Shown: positions 9,036 through 20,600 of the stretch, piece by piece
Layout of the letters: each line of letters begins with the position of its first letter
How positions within the stretch are numbered: position 1 is the stretch's first letter
IMG/VR virus record: IMGVR_UViG_3300025018_000330
Coordinates: 1-35,498 of that record
From: a virus
Lineage: Duplodnaviria > Caudoviricetes
DNA length: 35,498 nucleotides
Strand: one strand, 5' to 3'
Translations under genes and position numbers: made by a program
Notes under the pieces: model-generated
Told to the model about the DNA's origin: nothing
Databases searched by the model: none
Seen by the model: only the letters and a program-made list of their open reading frames with translations

Positions 9036-10699
9036 GATTCTCAGAGCTGACATCAGAAGCCGACCTGATGGTATGCGCCCACGAAGACCCACGGTTCATA
9101 ATTGAGTCGGGATTCTGGGTAATAAACAAAGAGAAAGACATCGTCCCATTCGTTTTTAACGAGGTGCAAAACATGTTCTATGACGAGAGAAGCTCACGTG
9201 ACGACATCCTCAAAGCCAGTCAACTAGGACTATCAACTGAAATCCTAGCGATTCTCACCGTCAAATTCCTACTCGTGCCACATTGTTGGAGTGTTTCAAT
9301 CAGTCACGAAGCCGAAGCTACCGGAAGACTATTTGAAAAGGTCAAATTCTTTCTAGCACACCTGCCACCCTGGCTACAGCGATACTACATCCCAGGAGAG
9401 GAGAATAGCAAAAGCATCTCAAATCTTTACTGGTCAGGAGGGACGGAAACCGGAGGATCGAAGTTTTACATCGGGACTGCCGGAGCAATAGCATTCGGTC
9501 GAGGTGACACAATCCACTATGCTCACCTGTCCGAAACAAGTCGCTGGAGAGATGACGGGTCAATAGAAACCGGTATCATCCGCGCAGTACCTCTTAATGA
9601 TCCTCACACGTGGATCGTCAAAGAAACCACAGCAAACGGCCAAGGAAACCATCATCATCAGGAGTGGGTACGTGAACAAACCCCAGGACAGAGTGCATTC
9701 AAGCCGCATTTTATAGCATGGTTTGAGAACCCTGAATACGACCTACCAGGACAACCAATCGAAGAGGGTACAATGGATGAAGAGGAGCAACACTTGGTCG
9801 CCCAACATCCGGAGGTGACCCTAACCAAACTTGCATGGAGAAGATTACAAATCAGCACGCTAACGAGCGAAAAGGGCAGAAGCCCAGAAGAAATGTTTAA
9901 GCAAGAGTTCCCATCCGACCCAACCGAAGCGTTCCTGTTCTCAGGCGATCCGGTATTCCCAGTAACGAAGATTCAAAACTACAAGGACAAGGCACGAAAG
10001 CCGTTGTTCAGAGGCAAGATACTTGGAGTGGTGCCAAACGAGAAACTGGATGAGGACAAGCACGGCAATCTAAAGATTTTCGAGACACCGACACCGGAAG
10101 ACCGATACATCATATTCGGCGACACAGCCCAGTTCAATGACCGATGCTCGGCGTGTGTGGTCAATCAGAGGACATGGAAGACGGCGGCGGTGTTCAACGG
10201 AGTCCTGAAAGCCCACATGTTTGCCAGCGAACTAAATAAAATCGGCTATTTTTTCAACAAAGCATTGATCGCAGTCGAAGTAAACAACATGGGACAAAGC
10301 ACGATCGATAAATTGGTAGACCTCGGATACCCGAACCTGTACATGCGCCAGAGGATGGATAAAAAGACCAAAGAGGTAACAGACGAATACGGATGGTACA
10401 CCACCCAGAAAACGAAGTCGCTGATCATCGGACACATGCAAGAGTTGTTACGCAATGAAGAGATTGACCTGCCGGACGGCGACACCCTAGACGAATTCCT
10501 CGTATTTGTGAGGCATCCAGACGGCACAATGGGGGCTTCAAAGGGAAGTTATGACGACCGAGTCATTGCAACTTGCGGCGCATATTATATACTGAAGTTG
10601 AATCCCATCGCATCAAGTGCGGTCAGCAAGAGCAAACGTCCGGTGAACAAAGCCAGCAAATTTAAGAAATTCAGAAGTGCCGGAAGACGGAATAAATAG
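9032..10699 (+). CDS. terL: Terminase large subunit
   Basis: LKASQLGLST deviant Walker A, GRGDT, HLSE Walker B, ETTANG coupling motif, QEFP, FGD and YDDRV nuclease acids, AVEVNN. Confidence 0.93.
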   Translation: MRFSELTSEADLMVCAHEDPRFIIESGFWVINKEKDIVPFVFNEVQNMFYDERSSRDDILKASQLGLSTEILAILTVKFLLVPHCWSVSISHEAEATGRLFEKVKFFLAHLPPWLQRYYIPGEENSKSISNLYWSGGTETGGSKFYIGTAGAIAFGRGDTIHYAHLSETSRWRDDGSIETGIIRAVPLNDPHTWIVKETTANGQGNHHHQEWVREQTPGQSAFKPHFIAWFENPEYDLPGQPIEEGTMDEEEQHLVAQHPEVTLTKLAWRRLQISTLTSEKGRSPEEMFKQEFPSDPTEAFLFSGDPVFPVTKIQNYKDKARKPLFRGKILGVVPNEKLDEDKHGNLKIFETPTPEDRYIIFGDTAQFNDRCSACVVNQRTWKTAAVFNGVLKAHMFASELNKIGYFFNKALIAVEVNNMGQSTIDKLVDLGYPNLYMRQRMDKKTKEVTDEYGWYTTQKTKSLIIGHMQELLRNEEIDLPDGDTLDEFLVFVRHPDGTMGASKGSYDDRVIATCGAYYILKLNPIASSAVSKSKRPVNKASKFKKFRSAGRRNK

Positions 10700-10724
10700 T
10701 AAGCGTTATAATGAAATAAAGACT

Positions 10725-12608
10725 ATGACTGACGAATCAAAATTCAACGATGATATAGCACAAGACGCGAAAAAGTTCTATCAAGCATCGGCTACCTATT
10801 GTGCGCCGTACTTCGATCGCTTCCTAGACAATTACAAGCACTATTTTTTGAGAATAATCGATGAAGCCGTTGAAGCGGATGAGTCGGCATACCCATTTTA
10901 TAGCCAGATCATGCTTCCAATTTCCTACCAAGTGGTAGAGACAATCCTGCCGAGAATGTTCAGTAGGATGCCAGGATTCAGCATTAAAACCGATGCCCAA
11001 AATGACGAGAGAGATGAGTTGGCCATCAAAGAGCTGATCAAGTATCAGATGAACCACCCTCACTTGATCGATGACCCAATTTTCCTACGCATGTCGACAG
11101 CCCTAAAAGAAGAGTTCATCACCGGCAACGCATGGGGGATGGTACCGTGGTATCAGAAATGGGCGGAGGTCGAGGAATGGCTACCATACAGTCCCGAAAT
11201 GGGACTCGCACCGGCTCCTGACAATGAGCCAATCATCCGAGAGATGGGACTAACCCCTCGCTGGATGCTCGTCAAGACCAAGAAGAAAGTCATCGACTGC
11301 CCAGTATTCCAGCACAAATCAATCTTCCACGTGTTCCCAGATGCTAAAAAGAAGAGAGTCGGCGACATGAGCAGAGCCATCATTGAGGACAGCATGACAA
11401 TGGAAGAGGTGATGGACATCGTCAATCAGAGTCCAAAAGACTTCCAAAACATCGATGAGCTGAAAGAAATGGCACACGAGAAAGAGTTCTGGACAGGCGG
11501 CGGAAGCGATGCCACTAACTACGATAACGAACTCGCCGGTATATTCGGATCGAAAGACAATACGTACGAAGAAAAATCCAAGAGTGATGGTCAATTCAAG
11601 GTCTGGTACATTCCCGAAAGAGACAGAATGTCCATCGTCATCAACGAGAAACTCACGATCCGATCGGGAGCCAACCCGAATGGTGACGGCAGACTAGGCC
11701 TATTCCTGATGAAAGACATCCCTGTACCACACGAGCTATACGCCTGGGGCGAACCAGACCCAATTAAACGCCTCGAGGACGGCATGTCAGACCAGTTCAA
11801 CATGAGGAACGATGCAGTATTCCATGACCTTTTGAGAATGTACCAGGTCAACACCAAAGCCCTCGTAGACGGCGAAGAGTTTATTCCAGAGCCAGGAGTG
11901 GTAGTGAAGACAACCGAAAAAGATGCGATCCAACCTATTGACATGGGATCGGTCAAATCGTCCGCATACCGCGAGTATGACGAGTGGGAACAGATAATCC
12001 AAAACACATCCGGAGCTAGCGACTACGCCACAGGACAGGCTAATGCAGGAATGAACCCAACAGCCGGAGGCGTAGATGCCCTACAGCAAGCCGCCAACGC
12101 CAGATTCCAATACAAACTTCAACTATTTGAGAACCTAGGACTGAATGCGATGGGAACCATGTACGTCAACCGCAACATCAGATTCTACGATGCCGATCAA
12201 ACAGTCCCGACCGACAAGGGTAAGATGACAGTATATGCAGAGCAATTACGCCGCCTCAAAGGCAATGTCATGTTCATGGTAGAGTCCGGAAGTACCGAAG
12301 CCGCCAGTACCACAAAAGAGATTCAGAAATGGGACACAGTGACAGGATTGGTAAGCAAGAACGCCGCTCCATTTGAAAACCTGACAATGAAGTCCAAAGA
12401 CCTGATTGCCAAAAAGGTACTCGGCAGTATCGGAGTACAGGAGACAGAGGAGATCGTCCAACACGAACAACCCCAACCGGACGCACCGGCAAATCCATTG
12501 ATGCCCGAAGTCCCAGGCGTAACGCCAGTACAACCAGAATTAACAACAGCAGTACCAAATGAACAACCCAACGCGCCAGTTCTACCAGCGACTAATACGA
12601 TCCAATAA
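10725..12608 (+). CDS. Portal protein (P22/podovirus-like)
   Basis: Follows TerL; about 630 aa; VETILPRM, SIFHVFPD, PVPHELYAWG, SGASDYATG...TAGG motifs; start at ATG 10725. Confidence 0.85.
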   Translation: MTDESKFNDDIAQDAKKFYQASATYCAPYFDRFLDNYKHYFLRIIDEAVEADESAYPFYSQIMLPISYQVVETILPRMFSRMPGFSIKTDAQNDERDELAIKELIKYQMNHPHLIDDPIFLRMSTALKEEFITGNAWGMVPWYQKWAEVEEWLPYSPEMGLAPAPDNEPIIREMGLTPRWMLVKTKKKVIDCPVFQHKSIFHVFPDAKKKRVGDMSRAIIEDSMTMEEVMDIVNQSPKDFQNIDELKEMAHEKEFWTGGGSDATNYDNELAGIFGSKDNTYEEKSKSDGQFKVWYIPERDRMSIVINEKLTIRSGANPNGDGRLGLFLMKDIPVPHELYAWGEPDPIKRLEDGMSDQFNMRNDAVFHDLLRMYQVNTKALVDGEEFIPEPGVVVKTTEKDAIQPIDMGSVKSSAYREYDEWEQIIQNTSGASDYATGQANAGMNPTAGGVDALQQAANARFQYKLQLFENLGLNAMGTMYVNRNIRFYDADQTVPTDKGKMTVYAEQLRRLKGNVMFMVESGSTEAASTTKEIQKWDTVTGLVSKNAAPFENLTMKSKDLIAKKVLGSIGVQETEEIVQHEQPQPDAPANPLMPEVPGVTPVQPELTTAVPNEQPNAPVLPATNTIQ

Positions 12609-12930
12609 GCCAACACCGGATCAGATTCTCCAGATAATCTCAACCGGAGAGGACTTTAAGAACATGACCAAAAGTCGTGCATGGAAAAAAATAGTAGAGT
12701 GGATTGAGACAATGGACAAAGGGGGAAGCGAGTACCTCCATGGAGAAGTCCGAAACGTCAGCACCCTTGGACTATTCAGTATATTTAATACGTTTATTAA
12801 GTTCCTATTTGTGTCGGCGGAGATGCGAGCATTCAAAAAGCTCATGGCATTCGTCAACACGACTATACAGAAAGGAGAACAGGAAAATGCCAAACTTCAG
12901 GCCAGAAAAGACAAGGACGGCGAAGAGTAA
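12559..12930 (+). CDS. Hypothetical protein (post-portal head module)
   Basis: ORF track; position between portal and scaffold. Confidence 0.6.
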   Translation: MNNPTRQFYQRLIRSNKPTPDQILQIISTGEDFKNMTKSRAWKKIVEWIETMDKGGSEYLHGEVRNVSTLGLFSIFNTFIKFLFVSAEMRAFKKLMAFVNTTIQKGEQENAKLQARKDKDGEE

Positions 12931-13267
12931 CGACATACCACAGGATCAAATCCCCGAAGACACAAAGCCGGAGATGCCCAATGCGTGGGATGTTCTCGCA
13001 GAAAGAAAGAAGAAAGGATTGTGGAACGGAGAGGTGACCACACACAAGGTCAAGAGGTACAAACTGAACAAAGGTGCGCACTACTACGTCATTGAAGATT
13101 ATCGAAGTGGATCGGTCAAGTGTATTTCCTGTCCGGTGTCACACGGAGGCATTCTCGAGAATCACATGCTTACAAGATATGAAGTAAGGGACGGAGTAAT
13201 CTACCTGGACGGAGTCGCAAGGAACAAAACACCGAAAGGGTTTGACAATGACGAAAAGAAGAGTTAG
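12887..13267 (+). CDS. Hypothetical protein with CxxC..H motif
   Basis: In-frame ATG 12887 of track ORF 12704-13267; KCISCPVSHG. Confidence 0.6.
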   Translation: MPNFRPEKTRTAKSNDIPQDQIPEDTKPEMPNAWDVLAERKKKGLWNGEVTTHKVKRYKLNKGAHYYVIEDYRSGSVKCISCPVSHGGILENHMLTRYEVRDGVIYLDGVARNKTPKGFDNDEKKS

Positions 13268-13270
13268 CAT
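13242..13270 (+). promoter_or_regulatory. Sigma70 promoter TTGACA-17-TAGCAT upstream of scaffold gene
   Basis: Consensus -35 and 17-nt spacer. Confidence 0.65.
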
Positions 13271-13307
13271 GATTTAAGTTATTAGCCCTAAAGAAAGGAT
13301 ACCTAAT

Positions 13308-14279
13308 ATGGAAAACCCAAACAGCACACCAGAAACATACGACTCAGCGACCGGATTAACAAACGTAGACGAGTCAAGTTTCGAAATCCCAGAGGATGCA
13401 GAAGATGATGGAGGCGAACCAGCCCCCGATAATAATACGCCATCGACCCCTACCGACCCAGCCACCCCCGATCCAAACGAGCCAGAAGACCCCAATAAAC
13501 AACCTGAGAAGCCAACGGAACCTGCCAAACCGGCGGAACCCGTCCTACTGGCCGGAAAGTATTCAACCGAACAAGAACTCAAAAACGCATTCGTACAACT
13601 CGGAGGCGACCCTAGCAAATTTGACAGCGTAGAAAAGCTCGAACAGGCATACGAAGTACGTCAAGCAGAATTCACTAGAGTAAGACAGGAGCAAAACGAA
13701 GCCAAAAGAATCAATGAAGAAGTAGATAAAAAGGAGAAACAAAACGAAGTATTGTCCGATGAAAACTTAAACGCAATGATGGAGAAAGTAGCATGGGACA
13801 AAGTCACCGATGCTAAACAAATGTTTGTAGAAATGGCCAAAGTGCTTCTCGCCAACCTCCCAGCCAACCAGATGCCATCAGAGCAGGACTTGGTTGCCAG
13901 AATGACACCAATGATCCAAGAGAGAGAAGCCAAACTGACAGAACTACACGATCTCGAAACCAAAGTACCAAGACTCAAGAGCGATCCATCGTTCCGCAAA
14001 GCATTCGCATACCACGTCAAAGGTGAACAGGATGAGGGATCATACCAAGGCATTGGTCAGTCCATGAAGAACTTCCTGAAATTCAACCAAGGCATAGTCG
14101 ATGAAGTCGGTAAATCGTTCGCAGACAACAACGCCGCCAAAAACAACGCCGGAGCGACAACCCCTCCAGATGGTGGAGCCAACATGGGTGGCGCACCAAA
14201 ACCGAGTGAGGATGACGACATCCTAGGTGGAATAATCAGTGCATACAACGACCACACGAACAAATTTAGTGGCAAATGA
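13308..14279 (+). CDS. Capsid scaffolding (assembly) protein
   Basis: Acidic, Pro-rich N-terminus, LLAGKYSTEQEL motif, coiled coil; directly before MCP. Confidence 0.75.
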   Translation: MENPNSTPETYDSATGLTNVDESSFEIPEDAEDDGGEPAPDNNTPSTPTDPATPDPNEPEDPNKQPEKPTEPAKPAEPVLLAGKYSTEQELKNAFVQLGGDPSKFDSVEKLEQAYEVRQAEFTRVRQEQNEAKRINEEVDKKEKQNEVLSDENLNAMMEKVAWDKVTDAKQMFVEMAKVLLANLPANQMPSEQDLVARMTPMIQEREAKLTELHDLETKVPRLKSDPSFRKAFAYHVKGEQDEGSYQGIGQSMKNFLKFNQGIVDEVGKSFADNNAAKNNAGATTPPDGGANMGGAPKPSEDDDILGGIISAYNDHTNKFSGK

Positions 14280-14285
14280 CCCCAC

Positions 14286-14314
14286 TTGACAAGCAGTTTG
14301 GGAGAGATTAGTAT
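14286..14314 (+). promoter_or_regulatory. Sigma70 promoter TTGACA-17-TAGTAT upstream of major capsid gene
   Basis: Consensus -35 and 17-nt spacer in intergenic gap. Confidence 0.7.
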
Positions 14315-14397
14315 TTAATCAGCTAGTAGAAAAATCGCATATCCTGTATATAAACGGCACACAAGCTGTTATTAAGTAGAAATATACAAAAAAGGAT

Positions 14398-15540
14398 ATG
14401 ATCCAAGCTATTCGATCCACAGGAAACGTGTTAGCAGTCCGCCGTGTCGTTGACATGAGCGAAAAAATCAGTGTTCTCGAACCTGATTCCGCGCCATTGA
14501 CTCAACTTACCAAAAAAATGGGCAAGAAAGTTGCCATCAATCCAGACTTCAAATGGATGGAAGAAGAATCCCTAGTTAGAACCGCCTCCCCAGCCGCAAC
14601 CTACACCGCCGGTGTAACCCAGATCTCAGTCGGTAGTGGCACAGGTGTCAGATTCCGCGTTGGTGATGTCGTCAAAGTCGTTGAATCCGGTGAGCAGATG
14701 CTCGTTACCGCAGTAGCAACCGACTTGCTCGATGTTAGCAAAGGCTACGGTACCACAAGTTCCGCCGACATCCCCTCAGCCGATACCCTCTTAATTATCG
14801 GTAACTCCAACCAAGAGTTCGCTACCAAGCGCGCTATCCTAGGTGGAGATCAGGTTGCAAAAACCAACTATTGCCAAATCATCCGTACCCCATTCGGTAT
14901 TTCGAGGACTGCCGATAACTCAGAGTTCTACGGCGGAGGTGACAAGAAACACCAGAGAATGATGCAGCTGATTGAACACCAGAAAGACATCGAAAGAACA
15001 TTCTGGTTCGGTGAACCCAAAGAGGACACCACAGGAACTCACCCACGCAGACTAACAGGTGGAGTTGACTACTGGACATCCACGAACTCCAAAGATGCCG
15101 GTGGCACTTTGACCGAGCTTGAATTCGAAGAATACGTCCGAGGCGGATTCCGCTACGGAGGCAAGACCAAATGGTTGTTCGCCGCTCCTCTCATCATCTC
15201 AGCCATCAACTTCTGGGCAGGTGCCAAGTTGATCACGAGTCAAAAGGACAAAACCTACGGAATCGCCGTTAGCCAATACCTAACCGCATTCGGAATGCTC
15301 AACATCGTTAATATGAACAACTTCTCCGAAACCACGACCACAGCAGGTGAAGCGTTCATGATTGACCCTGAACAGCTCAAATACCGCTTCCTCGCTAACT
15401 CCGACACCAATTTGAAGACCAACATCCAAGACAACAGTGCCGATGGAGAAGAAGACGAGTACATCTCCGAAGTAGGTCTTGAATTTAGAAATGAGAAAAA
15501 GGGTTCCATGCTCTACGGAGCCACCAGTTACTCAGCCTAA
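14398..15540 (+). CDS. Major capsid protein (SU10/DUF5309-like, HK97 fold)
   Basis: DMSEKI..LEP..APL, FKWMEE, NYCQIIRT..ISRT, KDIERTFWFG, LTGG, YLTAFG, SEVGLE patterns. Confidence 0.88.
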   Translation: MIQAIRSTGNVLAVRRVVDMSEKISVLEPDSAPLTQLTKKMGKKVAINPDFKWMEEESLVRTASPAATYTAGVTQISVGSGTGVRFRVGDVVKVVESGEQMLVTAVATDLLDVSKGYGTTSSADIPSADTLLIIGNSNQEFATKRAILGGDQVAKTNYCQIIRTPFGISRTADNSEFYGGGDKKHQRMMQLIEHQKDIERTFWFGEPKEDTTGTHPRRLTGGVDYWTSTNSKDAGGTLTELEFEEYVRGGFRYGGKTKWLFAAPLIISAINFWAGAKLITSQKDKTYGIAVSQYLTAFGMLNIVNMNNFSETTTTAGEAFMIDPEQLKYRFLANSDTNLKTNIQDNSADGEEDEYISEVGLEFRNEKKGSMLYGATSYSA

Positions 15541-15545
15541 AGCAA

Positions 15546-15779
15546 ATGAGTAAATCTAACTCAAAGAAAAACACTCAACCGGCCGTCGAGCCGGTTGAGG
15601 CGGTGAGTGAGCAAATAAAGCCAGCCGTTGAATCAAAAAAAAAGAAGACCGGATTCTTAGGGGTGTCCGCCCAAGGAGCGGCAATTTTCTCCCCAGGAAC
15701 CCATCCTAGAGCCATCAGACAACGCCTAATTGACGAGGCGAAGAAGACAGAACTTGAATCCCCAGAGAAAAAGATTTAG
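15546..15779 (+). CDS. Hypothetical protein
   Basis: ORF track; AAAGCAAATG leader. Confidence 0.6.
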   Translation: MSKSNSKKNTQPAVEPVEAVSEQIKPAVESKKKKTGFLGVSAQGAAIFSPGTHPRAIRQRLIDEAKKTELESPEKKI

Positions 15780-15812
15780 TATTAAGTTATTAACAAGTAC
15801 AATAAAGAAAAA

Positions 15813-16214
15813 ATGATCTTCATATCCAAAAAACACTCAGCATTGAACCTCGTTCTAGACCCGAAAACGTTCCAGGTGACGAATGGTAGAACAATTATGA
15901 CCGGCTTAAATGGTGACTTCCCTGTCGGAATGTCCGTCCAGTTTGCCAATAAGCTATACGAAACTAGCGACCCCAAGATCATCAAGGCATTGAAAAACCA
16001 CCCACGCTACGGAGTAACCTTTTTCAGCGAGGAATTAGCCAAAGAAAAAGAAACCGGCGAAGTTGAAGTGAACCCCCAAGCAGTCGCAGAAGTTGAAGAG
16101 AAAAATGCTTTAGTCGAGGACATCGCATCCCAATGTGAATGGTGCGGATTCAAAGCCGCCACCAAGTCAGGCCTACAACTTCACCAGAAAGCCTGTCCCA
16201 AAAAACCAAAGTAG
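15813..16214 (+). CDS. Hypothetical protein with C-terminal C2HC zinc finger
   Basis: CEWCGFKAATKSGLQLHQKAC. Confidence 0.7.
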   Translation: MIFISKKHSALNLVLDPKTFQVTNGRTIMTGLNGDFPVGMSVQFANKLYETSDPKIIKALKNHPRYGVTFFSEELAKEKETGEVEVNPQAVAEVEEKNALVEDIASQCEWCGFKAATKSGLQLHQKACPKKPK

Positions 16215-16286
16215 TTTATACTGGTGATAGTACATCCTGAACACAGAGCATAAATGCAAGCTTAATATTTAAGATAAATAACAATT

Positions 16287-17666
16287 ATGGCTCACACAGG
16301 ATCATGGGGAACACCAGATTGGGGACTAACAGAATTAGCCGCCAAAGGGATTTCTAAAATAATCAGTCCATTTACCGGAGGAGGTACTCCATTGACCGCC
16401 CAAGGCGGATCTGATTTGATGCCAGGAGGCGCACCGGCGACTCAAATAGTAGGTGGTCCTCAACAGACTCCAACTGTTGTAAAAAACTCATCTCAACTTA
16501 ACTATAGTCCGGCTCCGACCGTCAAAGGAGTTACCACGACAAAGACGACAAATAATCCAACCGGTACTAATAATAACCCAAACCCAAATCCAGTAGTTGA
16601 TCCTAACCAATCTATTAACGACGCCCAAAAAGCTCAAGAGGAAGCCGCTAGAGTAGCCGCAGAAGCCAAGCGACAGGCCGCATTGAGATCGTACCAGGGT
16701 AAGGTTTCAGAAGCCGGAATAGCCAAAGAGAGCGCACAGGGACAATATGACTGGATCGTCGACACTCTCGGATCAAACAAGAAAGATGCTCTAGATCAAA
16801 TCGCCTTAAACGAAACTGAGGGACTGACCACATTCGGACAGCAAGAGGGAAAGACTAAAGTCCAATACGACACCGCTCGTCAAGAAATCCTGTCGACATA
16901 CCGCGACCTAACCAGAGAGCAGGAAAAGATTTTGAGAGGATCAGGAAACCAATCGTCCTCGAGAAGTCAGGAAGCCGCACTACGTCTAAACAACCTCATG
17001 GGTAAAGACCTAGCCGGAGTAAGTACCAACGAAGCCGACTCCCTCGCCATGATAGGAAACGCCATCACGAGTCTTAAATCGAAGACAGTCTTGGCCAAGA
17101 ACCAAGTCGAAACCGAAACCAAATCTAAACTAGACAAAGCCGCCCTCGACTACGATACACAGGTCAAAGCCATCGACAACAACCTACAGCTATCCGGAAA
17201 CGAAAGAGAAGATGCCTATGCAGAAGCAGAAGCACAGTTGGCACAAGACACGGCTAACATCAAATCATGGGCAACCGGACTTAAACTCCAAGCCGAACAA
17301 ACGGCCGCCAAGACCAAAGACATGCTCGACTCCTACATTGTCGATATGACCGACTCCAAAGGATTGCTGGACACAGACCTCACAACCAAGAAAGAAGCTA
17401 CCAATAAACTGCTCTCATCGGCAGGATACACTCCTTTAGTAGAAAATCCATCGATCACCGATCCGATCTCCGGAGTCTACCAAAAAGTGACCCAGAAGTA
17501 TAAAACGAAAGCAGAACTGGATGCCGCCCTCTCAAGTGGAGAAATTGCTCCCCTTGAATACAACAAAGAGTTGGCTACCATCCAAAATGCAGGTGGAGCC
17601 GCTCCCCAAGATCAAGTCCTAGCCTCCTCGCAACGCGATCCCCTGATGTCAGCACTTTTCGCTTAA
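16287..17666 (+). CDS. Putative internal virion (ejection) protein
   Basis: A/Q/T-rich helical coiled coil with no Cys; G.QSS motif; adjacent to large core protein. Confidence 0.55.
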   Translation: MAHTGSWGTPDWGLTELAAKGISKIISPFTGGGTPLTAQGGSDLMPGGAPATQIVGGPQQTPTVVKNSSQLNYSPAPTVKGVTTTKTTNNPTGTNNNPNPNPVVDPNQSINDAQKAQEEAARVAAEAKRQAALRSYQGKVSEAGIAKESAQGQYDWIVDTLGSNKKDALDQIALNETEGLTTFGQQEGKTKVQYDTARQEILSTYRDLTREQEKILRGSGNQSSSRSQEAALRLNNLMGKDLAGVSTNEADSLAMIGNAITSLKSKTVLAKNQVETETKSKLDKAALDYDTQVKAIDNNLQLSGNEREDAYAEAEAQLAQDTANIKSWATGLKLQAEQTAAKTKDMLDSYIVDMTDSKGLLDTDLTTKKEATNKLLSSAGYTPLVENPSITDPISGVYQKVTQKYKTKAELDAALSSGEIAPLEYNKELATIQNAGGAAPQDQVLASSQRDPLMSALFA

Positions 17667-17690
17667 TATAAAAGCGTTTATACTTAGGTT

Positions 17691-20600
17691 ATGGATGATC
17701 TACTCAAAAAAATATTGGGCATTGGGTCAAATGCAGTAAGTTTCGCAAAAAAGAAAGCAAAGGACTTAACTGACACACTCCTCTACACCAAACCAACTCC
17801 TCAGGGTAATTCTGTTGCCGATACATTCAACTATTTCAAAAACAACGCCGATTTACTCAATCCTTTGAGTCAGCGATCGATGCAACGAGGCGCAGACTCC
17901 GCAGACGTACTAGCGAAGAGCCAGTCAAAGCCTATCCAATTTATAGGAAACATGGGCGGAAACACGATCAAAATAGGAAAATCAGGCATCAATAAAATGG
18001 TACAGGGTGGTAAAGCACTCGGTGCCGGACTCATTCAAGCACCAGTCCTCGCCGCAACACAAGGCAAGGTAAACATCCCATTCTACAGTGACCCAGAGCT
18101 GATGAAGCTTAGTGGAGACAACTTTGTCCAAAGATTTATGCGATCAAGTGCCAAAGTCCTACCGGACGTGGTCAAGGGAGTGTTTGGAACCGGACAAATT
18201 GCTACAACAATCAATCCTGTTAGCCAAGGTGTAAATGCAGTGGCATCGTCACCGGTGAAGATAGGACGACCAGGACTCATCAGCCCAGACCCTAACGTAA
18301 ACACCAATGACGATCTAGTCAGAAGAATCGCCGCTGGATACATTAAAGGCGTGTCGGGAAGTGATGAAGTAGCCACCAACGTCCCAAATAAAGAAATGGA
18401 CATTGCCGGAATCAAGTTTGATCCGGCCAAAACTGCCGGAGAGATGGTCGGATTTGTGAACAATCCAACATGGAAAACAATATTCCCAGGAACGTCAAAG
18501 CTTCTCGATTTGCCTCAAACAAGCAGTAAAGTGGCCAATTTTGTTATAGGAAGAATCATGAAAGGCGGAGCTGAGGGAACGATCCAGGCTATAGCCAACA
18601 TGAACGATCAAATGACCCGTGACCAAAAAATCAATGAGTTGGCCAGTCAAGTTGCATTCGGCGCCGTTTCCGAACTAGGAACCGATGCCGCCATGAAAGG
18701 TGCCGGAAGTATCAAAGGAAAGGCTGAAAGATGGATCAGATCGCTCTTAAACGACTATCAGAGTGCGCCCCCAGAAATAAAGCAAGAGATGGACAACATG
18801 ATGAAAGCAATCGGCTCAAACCAGTACCAGACAAAATACAAGCCAAATGTAGTAGAGGAACCAGTATTGGCCGCCGGTGGAAGTGTGATGCCCAAAGGAG
18901 ACTCACCAATGGTTGACGTAGGTGGAAACAAACTCGTCCGAAAAGACTATCTACCTAAATATCGAGAGTACCTCGAGAAATCAGCTCAAGTAGCTCCTGG
19001 GGCATTTGCCGGAATCCAAATAAACAAAGACGAGAACGGAAACATTACCGGAGTCGGATTTAATCCAAATACCGCCGGAATGGGACTCATGGCCGCCGGA
19101 TACCTCACCACCGCCAAAAATAAAGCCGCCATCATGGACGTGATAATGAAAGCCACAGATGAGGGAAAGATGAACGCCGAGTTGAAAAACCTTATTGAAA
19201 CCAACATTAAAAACTCCATCGATCAGTTGGACATAAACCCCAAAGAGGCGATCGACAACCTCAAGGGACTAAGAGCCGCCATCAACCAATCAGCATTCGA
19301 TACATCCGGACTGACAAAAAGTGACGGATTGTACAACGCCAAACTGATGGATGCCATTCGCCAAGACCCAGAGATGGGAACATTGGTCAGGGAATTAGAG
19401 AGTTATTTGCCAAAAATTGACGAGATTTTACAAGGTAAAGCAGATTTGACCGCAAAAGTTGAACCTACTGCTGACCTTAATGCCCCTAAAACGGCTCTTG
19501 AAACACCGATAGCACCAGATATACCCAAAACTGACATTACAACAGAAGTACCACAAGCCGGACAGCCCAAAACCGCCCAAGAAATAATCACCGAGGTAAC
19601 AACACCAAAAGTAGAACCGACATTACCAGAGGGTGTATCAAAACCAAAAAGAAGAACGGCTCAAGAGATAATCGCCCAAGCAAGTGGAGAGACTCCACCT
19701 AAAACTCCAACAACCGACGTGGAGAAACTACTCGGATTTACCAAATCCGTCAAAGAAGCCCCAATTGTTGCGCCGGAGACAAAAGCCAAAGTCAATGGCA
19801 CGTATACCCAAAAGCCAAACACAAAACTCATGGGAGAAGCGAAAGCCCTCCTAGAAAATGGAGCCAGCATCGACTTCAAAAACGTAGCAGACCTCGACCA
19901 AAAAGTCGCCGCGACAATTCAAGAGGCCATCAACCTAGACAAAGCCGGTAAACACGATGCCGCGGCCAACCTATACAACAATCTAGCCGAACATGGAAAA
20001 GAGCTAGGACGTGCCGTCCAAGCCTACTCAATGATCGATAAGATGAGTCCACAAGCGATTGCCCTGAGTGTTGCCGCCAAGATCAAGAACTACAACATCA
20101 ACGCCATGAAGAAGATTCCAGAGTTGACCGGAGAGCAAACCAAACTAATCACAAAACTGGTAGATCAAGCCGACAAACTCAAAGGACGAGAAAAAAATAT
20201 CGCCCTGAACAAGCTACAACAGACATTAAATGGCTTCATTCCATCAACACTTGCCGACAAAGCCATAACGGTTTGGAAAGCCGGACTACTCACGTCACTC
20301 AGGACTCACGAAAGAAACCTGCTCGGTAACGCCATTATGAGTGCGTCCGAAATCGCCAAAGACCCAGTAGCAAGTGTTGCCGACATGATAATGTCCCTAC
20401 GAACCGGACAAAGATCAATGACGACCACCTTGAAAGGGATCGTTCCAGGAGCCATCAAAGGAACAAAAGCAATGGCTGACGTAATCAGATACGGATTTGA
20501 TCCGGAAGAGTCAATCAGTAAATTCGACATTAAACAAATCACTTGGGGAAATAACCCAGTAGAGAAATTCCTCAAAGGAGCCACGGAGGCAGTATTCAGA

